NCBI GenBank assembly: GCA_964628885.1
Contig: CAZVMP010000001.1
Coordinates: 43,459-107,458 of the forward strand
Reading direction: 5' to 3'
Length of the DNA: 64,000 nt
Origin: an uncultured Gammaproteobacteria bacterium
Lineage (GTDB): Bacteria; Patescibacteriota; Microgenomatia; UBA12405
Part shown: one piece after another, positions 48,094 through 57,717 of the stretch
Numbering within the stretch: position 1 is the first letter of the stretch
Layout of the letters: the number at the start of each line of letters is the position of its first letter
The notes under the pieces: generated by a model
Database searches by the model: none
Seen by the model: the letters and a program-made list of their open reading frames with translations, nothing else
Told to the model about the DNA's origin: nothing
Program-made: the position numbers and the translations under genes

Positions 48094-50901
48094 ATGTCTC
48101 ATTTCAAAACCATTCCTCAAAATATAAAACCAACTGATCTTGAAGAAGACACTATAAAATTCTGGAAAGATCAAAAAATTTTTGAAAAATCATTAGAATC
48201 ACGACCTGAAAACGATAGTTATTGTTTTTATGACGGCCCTCCATTTATCACTGGATCTCCACATCACGGGAGCTTACTCCCTGGTATTGCCAAAGATGTT
48301 ATTCCTAGATATTGGACCATGAAAGGAAAACGAGTTAGACGTGTCTGGGGATGGGATTGTCACGGCCTTCCAGCTGAAAATAAAGTTGAAGAACTTCTTG
48401 GTCTTAAAAGTAAAAAAGATATTGAGGCTATTGGTATTAAAAAATATATCGACGCTTGCTATTCTTATGTCCAAAATGTCTCTCAAGAATGGCCCTGGTA
48501 TATTGATAGAACTGGTAGGTGGGTTGATTTTGATAACGCTTATAAAACTATGGATTTAGATTATATGGAAAGCGTTATGTGGGCTTTTTCTAAAATATAC
48601 AATAAGGGTTTAATTTATAAAAGCCATCGAGTATCCCTCTTTTGTCCCAGATGTTCCACTCCCTTATCTAATTTTGAAATTGCCATGGACAATTCATATA
48701 AAATGGTGGACGACCCGGCCATCTTCATAAAATTTAAAATCAAGAACCAAGACAAATATATTGTTGCTTGGACTACCACCCCATGGACTCTCCCAGCTAA
48801 TTTAGCTCTAGCGATTAATCAAAATGAAACTTATGTTGAAGTTGTAGTTGATAATCAAACTCTTATTTTTGCTAAATCCAGGATTGAAGCTGTTTTAAAT
48901 AAAAATAATTATAAAATTATCAAAGAATTCCCTGGAAAAGAGCTCGTCGGATTAAAATTTGAACCTTTATATCATTTCTATAAGACTACTGAAAAAGACT
49001 ATCATATCTTTCATGGCGACCTGGTTTCTATGGCTGATGGTACTGGAGTCGTTCACATTGCTCCTGGATTTGGTGAAGATGATGCCACTTTAGGAAAAGA
49101 ATTTAATTTATCAGTCATTAATCACGTCGATGATGAAGGTAAAATTGATCCCATAGTAACTCCCTTTGCTAATCTATTTGTCAAAAAAGCCGATCCTTTA
49201 ATTATCAATGACTTAAAATCCCGAAACCTATTACTAAAAGAAGAAAAAATTAACCATAGTTACCCTTTCTGTTACCGTTGTGGCACTCCTTTAATCTATA
49301 AAACCCAAAATGCCTGGTATCTTGATGTCCAAAAAATAAAAAAACAAATGATTGATACCAATCAAAAAATTAATTGGGTTCCTGACCATATTAAAGATGG
49401 CCGCTTTGGACAGGGGATAGAAACCGCTCCTGACTGGTGTTTATCTCGTTCCCGATATTGGGCCTCTCCCATCCCCATTTGGGAATGTGATTGTGGTCAA
49501 AGATATGTTCCTTCAAGCATTGCCGACCTAGAAGCAGCCTCCGGTCAAAAAGTTACCAATCTTCATAAGCCAGAAATTGATGAAATTACTATCAAATGTC
49601 ACAAATGTCACCAAACCGTTCACCGTGTTCCTGAAGTTTTAGATTGTTGGTTTGAATCCGGATCTATGCCTTATGCTCAATTTCACTATCCTTTTAAAAA
49701 CAAAAATGTTTTTGAAAAAAGTTTTCCAGCTGATTATATTATCGAATATATAGGTCAAACTCGAGGATGGTTTTATACTTTACATGTTTTATCAAATGCC
49801 CTATTTACCTCTGAGTCCTTTAAGAATTGTATTGTCACCGGCGTTATTATGGGCACTGACGGTCGTAAAATGAGTAAACTTCTCAAAAATTACCCTGATC
49901 CTAAAGCCGTAATCCAGAAATATGGCGGAGATGCTTATCGTCTCTATCTCATGAGTAGCGTTGTTATGACTGGAGAAAATATTAACATTGATGAAAGAGA
50001 ATTTGAAAATCAAGTCAAAAACATTCTTTTACCACTATTCAACTCATTCAAATATTTTCTTACTTATGCCAATCTTCACAACTGGTCTCCCAACACAAAA
50101 CCAGTTAATTCACCCCACCCGCTTGATTCTTGGATTATAAACCAAGCTAATAATTTAACTAATAACATTGCCAAATCATTAGAAGAGTACAACTTAGTCA
50201 ATGCTACTAGACTAATTGAGCCTTTTATAAACGATCTCTCGCGATGGTATATTCGTCAATCACGAGATAGATTTGTTAATGGTGATCAACAGGCCCTCCA
50301 AACTATTTGGCAAGTTTTAGTTCAATTTAGCCTCTCAACCGCTCCTATAATTCCCTTTATTACCGAATATTTCTGGCAAAAATTAGTCGTTTCTGTAGAT
50401 AAAAGTAAACCTGAATCAATTCATCTCGAATTTTATCCAGAAGCAAAGTCTTTTGACCCTAAATTAGCCAACGATATGTCCTTAGTTCAACAAATTTGTG
50501 AACAAGGCAATATGATTCGAAAAACTAATCAAATCAGCACTAGACAGCCATTATCCCTACTTACAATTCATTCTAATCAAAAATTTAATTTAGACAAAGA
50601 TTTAGTTGATATCATCAAAAATGAAATTAACGTTAAAAATATTGTCTTTACCAACTCAAACCAAAACTTACTTATAACTTTAGATACTAATATTACTCCC
50701 AAACTAAAAGCAGAAGGAGAAGCTCGTGACCTTATTAGACAAGTTCAAAACTTACGTAAAGAGCTTAATCTAAACTTAAAAGATAAAATAAAAATATACT
50801 CACCTGATTGGCCAACCGATTTTGAAGCTGAAATTAAATTAAAAACCTTAGCTCAATCTATTGATAAAGCCAATCAATTAAAAATCGAAAAAATCAGCTA
50901 A
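48094..50901 (+). CDS. ileS: Isoleucine--tRNA ligase (type 2)
   Basis: DGPPF, GWDCHGLP, WTTTPWTLP, GTGVVH, QTRGWFY, KMSK; IleRS2-type C-terminus. Confidence 0.95.
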   Translation: MSHFKTIPQNIKPTDLEEDTIKFWKDQKIFEKSLESRPENDSYCFYDGPPFITGSPHHGSLLPGIAKDVIPRYWTMKGKRVRRVWGWDCHGLPAENKVEELLGLKSKKDIEAIGIKKYIDACYSYVQNVSQEWPWYIDRTGRWVDFDNAYKTMDLDYMESVMWAFSKIYNKGLIYKSHRVSLFCPRCSTPLSNFEIAMDNSYKMVDDPAIFIKFKIKNQDKYIVAWTTTPWTLPANLALAINQNETYVEVVVDNQTLIFAKSRIEAVLNKNNYKIIKEFPGKELVGLKFEPLYHFYKTTEKDYHIFHGDLVSMADGTGVVHIAPGFGEDDATLGKEFNLSVINHVDDEGKIDPIVTPFANLFVKKADPLIINDLKSRNLLLKEEKINHSYPFCYRCGTPLIYKTQNAWYLDVQKIKKQMIDTNQKINWVPDHIKDGRFGQGIETAPDWCLSRSRYWASPIPIWECDCGQRYVPSSIADLEAASGQKVTNLHKPEIDEITIKCHKCHQTVHRVPEVLDCWFESGSMPYAQFHYPFKNKNVFEKSFPADYIIEYIGQTRGWFYTLHVLSNALFTSESFKNCIVTGVIMGTDGRKMSKLLKNYPDPKAVIQKYGGDAYRLYLMSSVVMTGENINIDEREFENQVKNILLPLFNSFKYFLTYANLHNWSPNTKPVNSPHPLDSWIINQANNLTNNIAKSLEEYNLVNATRLIEPFINDLSRWYIRQSRDRFVNGDQQALQTIWQVLVQFSLSTAPIIPFITEYFWQKLVVSVDKSKPESIHLEFYPEAKSFDPKLANDMSLVQQICEQGNMIRKTNQISTRQPLSLLTIHSNQKFNLDKDLVDIIKNEINVKNIVFTNSNQNLLITLDTNITPKLKAEGEARDLIRQVQNLRKELNLNLKDKIKIYSPDWPTDFEAEIKLKTLAQSIDKANQLKIEKIS

Positions 50902-50910
50902 AATTGATTA

Positions 50911-51909
50911 ATGTCTAAGTCTCCTTGGCTACCAGTCCTCATCAGCCTTACTTTTTTGTTTGCCATTAATATTTTAATGGTTACCTCAATCTCTCCTGGA
51001 TATCTTAAAAAACAATTTACTGCTTGGGTTGTTGGATTAATCCTTTTTTTTATCGGTCGTCAAATAAACCCTAAACAAATCTCTTCTTCCAAACGACTAA
51101 TTTTTCTTGTTAGTTGTTTTTTACTCTTGCTCCCTATTATCTTAAATTCCATTACCAGAGGGTCTCGTCGCTGGATTAATCTTGGTTTTACCTCCATCCA
51201 ACCATCAGAAATTACCAAACCATGGTTGTTATTATTTTTAACCAACACCCAATTCCCCTTACTCCATCTTATTCCAGTTGCCATTATCACTCTTCAACCC
51301 GACCTCGGTAGTGCCATTTCCGTCATGTTTCTCATGGCTCCAATTATTATTTACGACCAAAAATTACTTAAAATATTCATTATTTTAACTTCAGTATTCC
51401 TTCTTATATCTCCTCTTATTTACAATTTTGTTCTTCATGATTATCAAAAAGAAAGAATCATTACCTTCCTTAATCCCTCATCAGACCCTCTAGATAAAGG
51501 TTATAATGTCATTCAATCTAAAATTGCTATTGGTTCTGGTGGTCTTTTTGGTAAGGGATACAAAAAAGGAACACAAGGACAACTTTTATTCCTTCCTGAA
51601 AAACACACTGATTTTATGTTTGCCGCCACTGCCGAAGAACTTGGAATTATTGGAGTTACTATTATTTTAACTGCTTATTACTTCCTTATAAAAACTCTCA
51701 TTGATAAAGCATTTTTAGTCCGTAATAACCGTATTTTATTTTTATTTACTCTTGGAATCACTCTTCAAATCTGGATGCAGGCCTTTGTTAATATCGGAAT
51801 GAATGTTGGTATTTTACCAGTCACAGGCATTCCTCTCCCTTTCCTTTCTGTCGGCGGATCATCTATCATAACCCTGTTATTTTCCATTGGAATTATCTAT
51901 TCTTCATAA
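50911..51909 (+). CDS. rodA: SEDS protein RodA
   Basis: QPSE..K, QPDLG, GYNVIQSKIAIGSGG, LPEKHTDF. Confidence 0.88.
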   Translation: MSKSPWLPVLISLTFLFAINILMVTSISPGYLKKQFTAWVVGLILFFIGRQINPKQISSSKRLIFLVSCFLLLLPIILNSITRGSRRWINLGFTSIQPSEITKPWLLLFLTNTQFPLLHLIPVAIITLQPDLGSAISVMFLMAPIIIYDQKLLKIFIILTSVFLLISPLIYNFVLHDYQKERIITFLNPSSDPLDKGYNVIQSKIAIGSGGLFGKGYKKGTQGQLLFLPEKHTDFMFAATAEELGIIGVTIILTAYYFLIKTLIDKAFLVRNNRILFLFTLGITLQIWMQAFVNIGMNVGILPVTGIPLPFLSVGGSSIITLLFSIGIIYSS

Positions 51910-51948
51910 TCCTTGTCAACACTTTTTCCTGTGCTATACTACAAAAGT

Positions 51949-52263
51949 ATGAAATATGCCGTCATAGCTCTCTCTGGCTCTCAATTTAAAGTCAAAGAAG
52001 ATCAAAAGCTATCTATTAACAATCTAAACCTAAAAGAAGGTGAAAAAAATATTACTGACCAAGTTTTATTAATAGCTGATGATAAAAATATCAAAGTTGG
52101 CACTCCCACTATTAAGGGAGCTAAAGTAGAATTTACTGTTCTCAAAAATTACAAAGGGAAAAAACTTCGAGTCTTTAGATACAAGGCCAAATCAAAATAT
52201 CGCAAAACCAAAGGTTTCCGACCCCAGATGACCGAAATTCAAATTAACAAGATTACTCTTTAA
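51949..52263 (+). CDS. rplU: 50S ribosomal protein L21
   Basis: MKYAVI..GSQFKV, VGTP, GFRP.MT; adjacent to rpmA. Confidence 0.93.
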   Translation: MKYAVIALSGSQFKVKEDQKLSINNLNLKEGEKNITDQVLLIADDKNIKVGTPTIKGAKVEFTVLKNYKGKKLRVFRYKAKSKYRKTKGFRPQMTEIQINKITL

Positions 52264-52293
52264 CTAAAGCTTAACGCTCTAATTATCTAAAAC

Positions 52294-52545
52294 ATGGCAC
52301 ACACAAAATCACAAGGTAAAACTAATCAAAAATCCAACCGTCCTGGTCAAAGACGTGGAGTTAAAAAATTCGGTGGCCAAAAAGCTGATGTTGGTCAAAT
52401 AATTGTCCGACAAGTAGGGTCAAGTTTTCACGCCGGCAAAGGAACTAAATTAGGTAAGGATTACACTATTTATGCCATTAGACCAGGTGTTGTGAAATTT
52501 TTCAAACGCATGGGTAAAAGATTCGTTTCCGTCGTCAAAAATTAA
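52294..52545 (+). CDS. rpmA: 50S ribosomal protein L27
   Basis: MAHTKS, RGVKKFGG, GQIIVRQ, GKDYTIYA. Confidence 0.95.
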   Translation: MAHTKSQGKTNQKSNRPGQRRGVKKFGGQKADVGQIIVRQVGSSFHAGKGTKLGKDYTIYAIRPGVVKFFKRMGKRFVSVVKN

Positions 52546-52613
52546 CTAACTGATTTGTTTTGATATAGTTTATCACTCTTTTTTCACAGATGTTTTCATA
52601 GTAATCTCTTACT

Positions 52614-53462
52614 ATGAAACAAATTACTCAAATACCAACCAATCAACTTGAGCCAAATCCTCTCCAACCTCGTGGTATTATCTCTCCAGAATCTGTTACT
52701 GAATTAGTTGAATCCATTAAAGAACATGGAATACTGGAACCCTTAATTATTGCCAAAACTCCAGCCGGATATCAAATTATTGCCGGAGAACGCCGATGGC
52801 GAGCAGCTAGGATTCTAAAACTTGAATATGTTCCAGCCATCATCAAACAAACCAACCCTCAACAAATGTTAGAAATGGCCATAGTTGAAAATGTCCAAAG
52901 AAAAGATCTTAACCCTATAGAACGAGCCAAAGCTTTTCTTAGGTTAAAAGATGAATTTAACTTTGATAATCATCAAATCGCTAAAAAAGTTAGTAAAAGT
53001 ATCCCTTACGTTATCAACTGTCTTAAACTTTTAAACTTACCAGACGCTATTAAAGATGGTCTTTTGTCTGGTTTAATCAGTGAAGGTCATGCTAGAGCTC
53101 TATCTGGTATTAGCGACACCAGACTTATGATTGAAGCCTACAAAATTGTCCTCAAAGAAAAGGCTTCTGTTAGGCGAACTGAAGATATCGCTAGAAGAAT
53201 GAGGAAAAAAATAGAAGAAGGAGCTGTTCCTATTACCAAAGAAAACATACCTCAATTTCTTAAATCTAGATTAGATAATATTGGAACTGATATGAAAAGT
53301 TTCTTTAATGACCCTACTGCTAATGTAAAAATTATCCAAACCAACGTTGCCACTCAAGTAACCTTCCAATTTAAAGGAACTGTTGATCAAAGATTTGGAA
53401 ACCTTAAAGATCTTTATCGACAAATTTGTCAAAAAGATTTAGTGGAAGACTTAAAAAACTAA
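52614..53462 (+). CDS. parB: ParB/Spo0J chromosome partition protein
   Basis: PNPLQPR, IIAGERRWRAA, ENVQRKDLNPIE, GHARAL. Confidence 0.93.
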   Translation: MKQITQIPTNQLEPNPLQPRGIISPESVTELVESIKEHGILEPLIIAKTPAGYQIIAGERRWRAARILKLEYVPAIIKQTNPQQMLEMAIVENVQRKDLNPIERAKAFLRLKDEFNFDNHQIAKKVSKSIPYVINCLKLLNLPDAIKDGLLSGLISEGHARALSGISDTRLMIEAYKIVLKEKASVRRTEDIARRMRKKIEEGAVPITKENIPQFLKSRLDNIGTDMKSFFNDPTANVKIIQTNVATQVTFQFKGTVDQRFGNLKDLYRQICQKDLVEDLKN

Positions 53463-54049
53463 AAATTAACTTTTGGTACTATTCCAACCGAACTTACCGG
53501 CCAATATTTCATAAATGCCTTTCCAATTATCAATTTTTTATCTATTGGCCCAAACTCACGTCCATCTCTAGAGTTTGGACGATTATCTCCAAAACATAGA
53601 TATTGCCCATCAGGGACAATTTTTTCTCTTCCTTCTTCCATATAATTACCTGGCTCTGTATAGACCGACTCCGGTAAAAAACTTTCATCCAATTTCATTC
53701 CGTTTAAATAAACTTCTCCACCAGATACCATTACAACGTCTCCTGGCACCCCAATAATTCTTTTAATATATTCACACTCAGATTCTGCACATGGCTCAGA
53801 TGGAGGAGCTTTAAAAACAACCACATCACCTCTCTGAGGTTCTTTAAATTGATAAGAAATTTTTTCCGTTAACAAATATTCTTTATCCTTAAAATTTGGA
53901 AACATCGAGCTACCTTTCACTTCATTTGGCTGAGCCACAAATAGGTATAATAATACAAATATTGACAAGGCTAAGACAATTGACTGAATAAATTCCAATA
54001 AAAAATTTCCTAAACTAAAACCAGATTGACTTAAATATTTATTTTTCAT
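53459..54049 (-). CDS. lepB: Signal peptidase I
   Basis: GSSMFP, YIKRIIG.PGD, GDNRPNSRDGR; TAGAAT 7 nt before ATG 54049. Confidence 0.93.
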   Translation of the reverse strand: MKNKYLSQSGFSLGNFLLEFIQSIVLALSIFVLLYLFVAQPNEVKGSSMFPNFKDKEYLLTEKISYQFKEPQRGDVVVFKAPPSEPCAESECEYIKRIIGVPGDVVMVSGGEVYLNGMKLDESFLPESVYTEPGNYMEEGREKIVPDGQYLCFGDNRPNSRDGREFGPIDKKLIIGKAFMKYWPVSSVGIVPKVNF

Positions 54050-54136
54050 ACTTAGAATTCTAGCTGATACCACTCCAAAAAGATAGATTTGTATTTTTAT
54101 TAACTTCTCCCAGTCTAGGTTATAATAAGCATGTCT

Positions 54137-54210
54137 GGTTGTTTAGCTCAGTTGGTTAGAGTGCTTCGTTCACATCGAAGAGGTCAGAGGTTCGAGTCCT
54201 CTAACAACCA
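54137..54210 (+). tRNA. tRNA-Val(CAC)
   Basis: GGTTGTT/AACAACC acceptor, CTTCG-TTCACAT-CGAAG anticodon arm, GGTTCGAGTCC; CCA not encoded. Confidence 0.95.
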
Positions 54211-54240
54211 CCTTAATAAACTATATATTGACTATCTAAC

Positions 54241-55098
54241 GTGACACCAACTCAATTAACAATAATTATTGTTACTTATAACTCCAATACAACAATTCTA
54301 AAATTGTTATCTTCACTCCACTATATAGAGAATATTGTTCAAGAAATTATTATCATCGATAATAATTCTACTTTTTTTGATAGAGATAAAATCAAAAAAT
54401 TCTCTAAAAAAATTAAAATAATACGAAATAAAAAGAACCTTGGATTTGCCAAAGCTGTTAATCAAGGAATCAAAAAGTCTAAATCTAGTTTTATTCTTCT
54501 CCTCAACCCGGACACTTATCTTACTGATAAGTCAATTATAAAAACCTTTAATTTAATTACTAAAGATAAAACAATAGGAGCTATTGGCGGAAAAATCTTC
54601 GATGAGAACAAAAAGATAAAATATACTGCCACCAGTAGCCCAACATTTCTAACCGCTTTATTTGAATTTACAAATCTAAAAAAACTTTTTTCTAACAACA
54701 GATTCTCTTATAAGTTCTGGCTTGAAAAACAACAAAAAATAACAAGACCAATCGAAGTTACCTCACTATGTGGGGCATATTTAATAATAAGAAAAAAAAT
54801 TAAAAACCAATTAAATCTTTTCGATGAAAGATATTTCTTGTATCTAGAAGATGTCGACTTCGGGTTATCAATAAATAAAAATGGTTATAAGGTAATTTTT
54901 GATCCAAATTCACACATTATCCATATCGGTGGAGCAAGCACAAAAAATAAATATAAAACTGATTTAAAAAAGTGGTATCAATCAAGAAAATTATTTTTCA
55001 AAAAACATTTACCTCCAATCCAAAGTATAATAATTACATTAATCTTTAGTATTGAAGAAAAAATATTAAGTCTTTATAAACACATCAAACATGTCTAA
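54241..55098 (+). CDS. GT2 glycosyltransferase
   Basis: IIVTYNS, NLGFAKAVNQG, LLNPD, FLYLEDVD. Confidence 0.88.
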   Translation: MTPTQLTIIIVTYNSNTTILKLLSSLHYIENIVQEIIIIDNNSTFFDRDKIKKFSKKIKIIRNKKNLGFAKAVNQGIKKSKSSFILLLNPDTYLTDKSIIKTFNLITKDKTIGAIGGKIFDENKKIKYTATSSPTFLTALFEFTNLKKLFSNNRFSYKFWLEKQQKITRPIEVTSLCGAYLIIRKKIKNQLNLFDERYFLYLEDVDFGLSINKNGYKVIFDPNSHIIHIGGASTKNKYKTDLKKWYQSRKLFFKKHLPPIQSIIITLIFSIEEKILSLYKHIKHV

Positions 55099-55879
55099 AA
55101 ATAATAAAACTCACCACCTATCTCTTATTATTCTTACCAAAAATGAATCAAACAATATTCAAAAAAATTTTGACTGGTTAAAGAATTGCCGTGCTATTAA
55201 TGAAATTATTGCTGTTGATGATTATTCCACTGACGAAACTGTCACTTTTGTTAAAAATCTTGCTTCAAAACACAGAACTATTAAAGTCTTTTTCCGTAAA
55301 TTAAACAATGATTTTGCCTCTCAACGAAATTTTGCTATCTCTAAAGTTAGTAATAATTGGGTTCTTTGGTTAGACGCTGATGAAAAACCAAGTAAAAAAC
55401 TTATCCGATTTATAAACCATTTCGACAAAAATCAATATAAAGCTTACTCATTCAAAAGACAAGATGTTTTTTTAGGTAATATTCTCAAACACGGAGAAAC
55501 CTCTTCTCTTAATTTCACTAGATTATTCAGTAAAAACTATGGTTCTTTCTCTGGTCGAGTTCATGAAATTTGGAAAACTAAAAGAATCACTAAAAAAACT
55601 AATCTTATTATTTATCATTATTCTCACTCCACAATTAAATCATTAATTCAAAAAATAAACTTTTATACTGATATCCGTTCTCAAGAATTATTTGATCAAA
55701 GAATGAAAACTAATCTATTCCAAATAATTTTTTATCCTTTTGCCAAATTCTTCCAAAACTATTTTCTTAGACTAGGATTTCTTGATGGAACTCCAGGAAT
55801 TATTATGTCATTATCTATGAGCTTCCACGTCTTTCTAAACAAGGCTAAATTATGGCATCTATACAAACAGCAGTCCTGA
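55091..55879 (+). CDS. GT2 glycosyltransferase (WaaE/KdtX-like)
   Basis: LTKNE, DFASQRN, LDADE, VHE, GFLDG.PG. Confidence 0.9.
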   Translation: MSKNNKTHHLSLIILTKNESNNIQKNFDWLKNCRAINEIIAVDDYSTDETVTFVKNLASKHRTIKVFFRKLNNDFASQRNFAISKVSNNWVLWLDADEKPSKKLIRFINHFDKNQYKAYSFKRQDVFLGNILKHGETSSLNFTRLFSKNYGSFSGRVHEIWKTKRITKKTNLIIYHYSHSTIKSLIQKINFYTDIRSQELFDQRMKTNLFQIIFYPFAKFFQNYFLRLGFLDGTPGIIMSLSMSFHVFLNKAKLWHLYKQQS

Positions 55880-56928
55880 TTTTTACTGCCTTTGCTTTTT
55901 ATATCGGCCAAATAATCCGATTAAACATATTTCATCTTCAATTTCCTTTAATTGATCTTGCCATAGTTATCTTAAGTTTCATCAATATTTTTACTCATAT
56001 TACTAATCGTAAGATTAAAAATAATAACAAGCCTTTTACTTATTTTTTAGTTTTTAGCTGGATTATCCTTAGTTTTACTACCATCAAGCTTCAAATCTAT
56101 TCACTCAAACCCATATTTTATCTAATTAGACTAACCTGTCTCTTGTCTCTTATAATTTTCCCCCCTAAAATCAATCAGAGATTAAAGCAATTATTTTATC
56201 TCTCAATTCTTGCTAATATTATCTTTGGTCTGATCCAATATCTCTTTTGGCCTGATCTTACTTATCTTGACATTAGCCATTGGGATCCTCATTTATATCG
56301 TTTAACTAGTACCTATCTTGACCCCACTTTCACTGGTCTAATCTATCTTTTCTTTATTATTGCCATTTTTCTGAACAAAAAAATTCCATACCAAAGAACT
56401 ATATTAATAATATCTTATATTGCCCTGGCTCTCACTTACAGCCGATCTAGTTATATTTGTTTTTTGATTACTTTTACTTTTATTGCTGCCAAACTAAAAA
56501 ATATCAAAATTTTTATAATTAGCTTCTTAATTATAACTTTTACTATTATATTATTACCTCGACATCCCGGAGAGGGGACTAAGCTAGAACGAACCTCATC
56601 TATCAATGCCAAAATTCAAAACTATCAAGAAGGTATAAACTTATTCCTTAAATCACCTATAATCGGCTTTGGTTACAATAATATTCCTTTTGTTAGACAA
56701 AACCAAAACAACACTTCTCACGCCAATTCTGGTTTTGATGGCAGTATTTTAACCCTATTAATCACCACAGGATTAGTCGGTACAGGTTTCTTTCTTACTG
56801 GTCTAAAAAAATTCTATATAAATTCCAATTTAACTAAACAGGCTTTTATTTTAACTCTCTTGATTCATTCTCTCTTTGCTAATTCTCTTCTGTATCCCTG
56901 GATATTACTATCTCTAGTCCTTTTTTAA
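55852..56928 (+). CDS. O-antigen ligase/polymerase family membrane protein
   Basis: RL.ST.LDP, LTYSRS, P..GFGY, HSLFANS. Confidence 0.8.
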   Translation: MASIQTAVLIFTAFAFYIGQIIRLNIFHLQFPLIDLAIVILSFINIFTHITNRKIKNNNKPFTYFLVFSWIILSFTTIKLQIYSLKPIFYLIRLTCLLSLIIFPPKINQRLKQLFYLSILANIIFGLIQYLFWPDLTYLDISHWDPHLYRLTSTYLDPTFTGLIYLFFIIAIFLNKKIPYQRTILIISYIALALTYSRSSYICFLITFTFIAAKLKNIKIFIISFLIITFTIILLPRHPGEGTKLERTSSINAKIQNYQEGINLFLKSPIIGFGYNNIPFVRQNQNNTSHANSGFDGSILTLLITTGLVGTGFFLTGLKKFYINSNLTKQAFILTLLIHSLFANSLLYPWILLSLVLF

Positions 56929-57644
56929 AGGCTATAAGTAATTGAAATTTTTTTCTTAGTCGAATTACCTGCCAAATCTGTTGAAGTAACTTCTAAATCG
57001 TTTTTACCTGTATTCAATTGCCATTTCAATTTAAAATTACCCTCATTATCCACTGTGGCAATTCGATTATTAATCGAAACACTGCACCCCGGTTCCGTAT
57101 TACCAATAATATCAAAATCCGCATAATCCACACTCAAACTTTCTTCACTAGGATTACTTAGTGATAATTCAGGAGGAATTTCATCATAAATTATGCTTAT
57201 AACTTTTGAATCATCACCACTACCCGATTTTTCTGTACTAGCCACTGCAGTAAAATCGTTTTTACCATCGTCTAAAACTATCTTATCAAAGATAAAGTCC
57301 CCATTCTCCGTTACCTCAGTCTTACCTATTGATATCTGATTTTTAAACAACTCTACGGTTACTTTTGATTCAGCAAATCCTGTAATTTTTATCATTGCAC
57401 TATTAGTTGCTTCGTAAGGCAATACTAACCTTGGAGCCAGTGGTGGCAAAATATTCTCTTCAACTTCAGCTAATTTTTTACTTTTACTCTCACCTAATAA
57501 AACTGAAAACTTTATTAATAGTGGTAATCCAAAAACCAACAATACAATTACTAAAATCACTGTTAATAATCCTAAAAAGACTGTTTTTTTTGTTATTTGC
57601 TCATCAGCTTGTCTCTCAAGCCTTGAACGTTTAAACTCTGTCAT
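56925..57644 (-). CDS. Membrane-anchored protein with two Ig-like beta-sandwich repeats
   Basis: N-terminal TM; G.TE...V.IN, G.F....L..G.N and TDLAGN motifs. Confidence 0.7.
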   Translation of the reverse strand: MTEFKRSRLERQADEQITKKTVFLGLLTVILVIVLLVFGLPLLIKFSVLLGESKSKKLAEVEENILPPLAPRLVLPYEATNSAMIKITGFAESKVTVELFKNQISIGKTEVTENGDFIFDKIVLDDGKNDFTAVASTEKSGSGDDSKVISIIYDEIPPELSLSNPSEESLSVDYADFDIIGNTEPGCSVSINNRIATVDNEGNFKLKWQLNTGKNDLEVTSTDLAGNSTKKKISITYSL

Positions 57645-57717
57645 AACCTTATTTATTTTATCAGAGCATTGAGCAAGGATATTACAAAATATGTCCCCAT
57701 ATAGATTCTTCAGTCAC

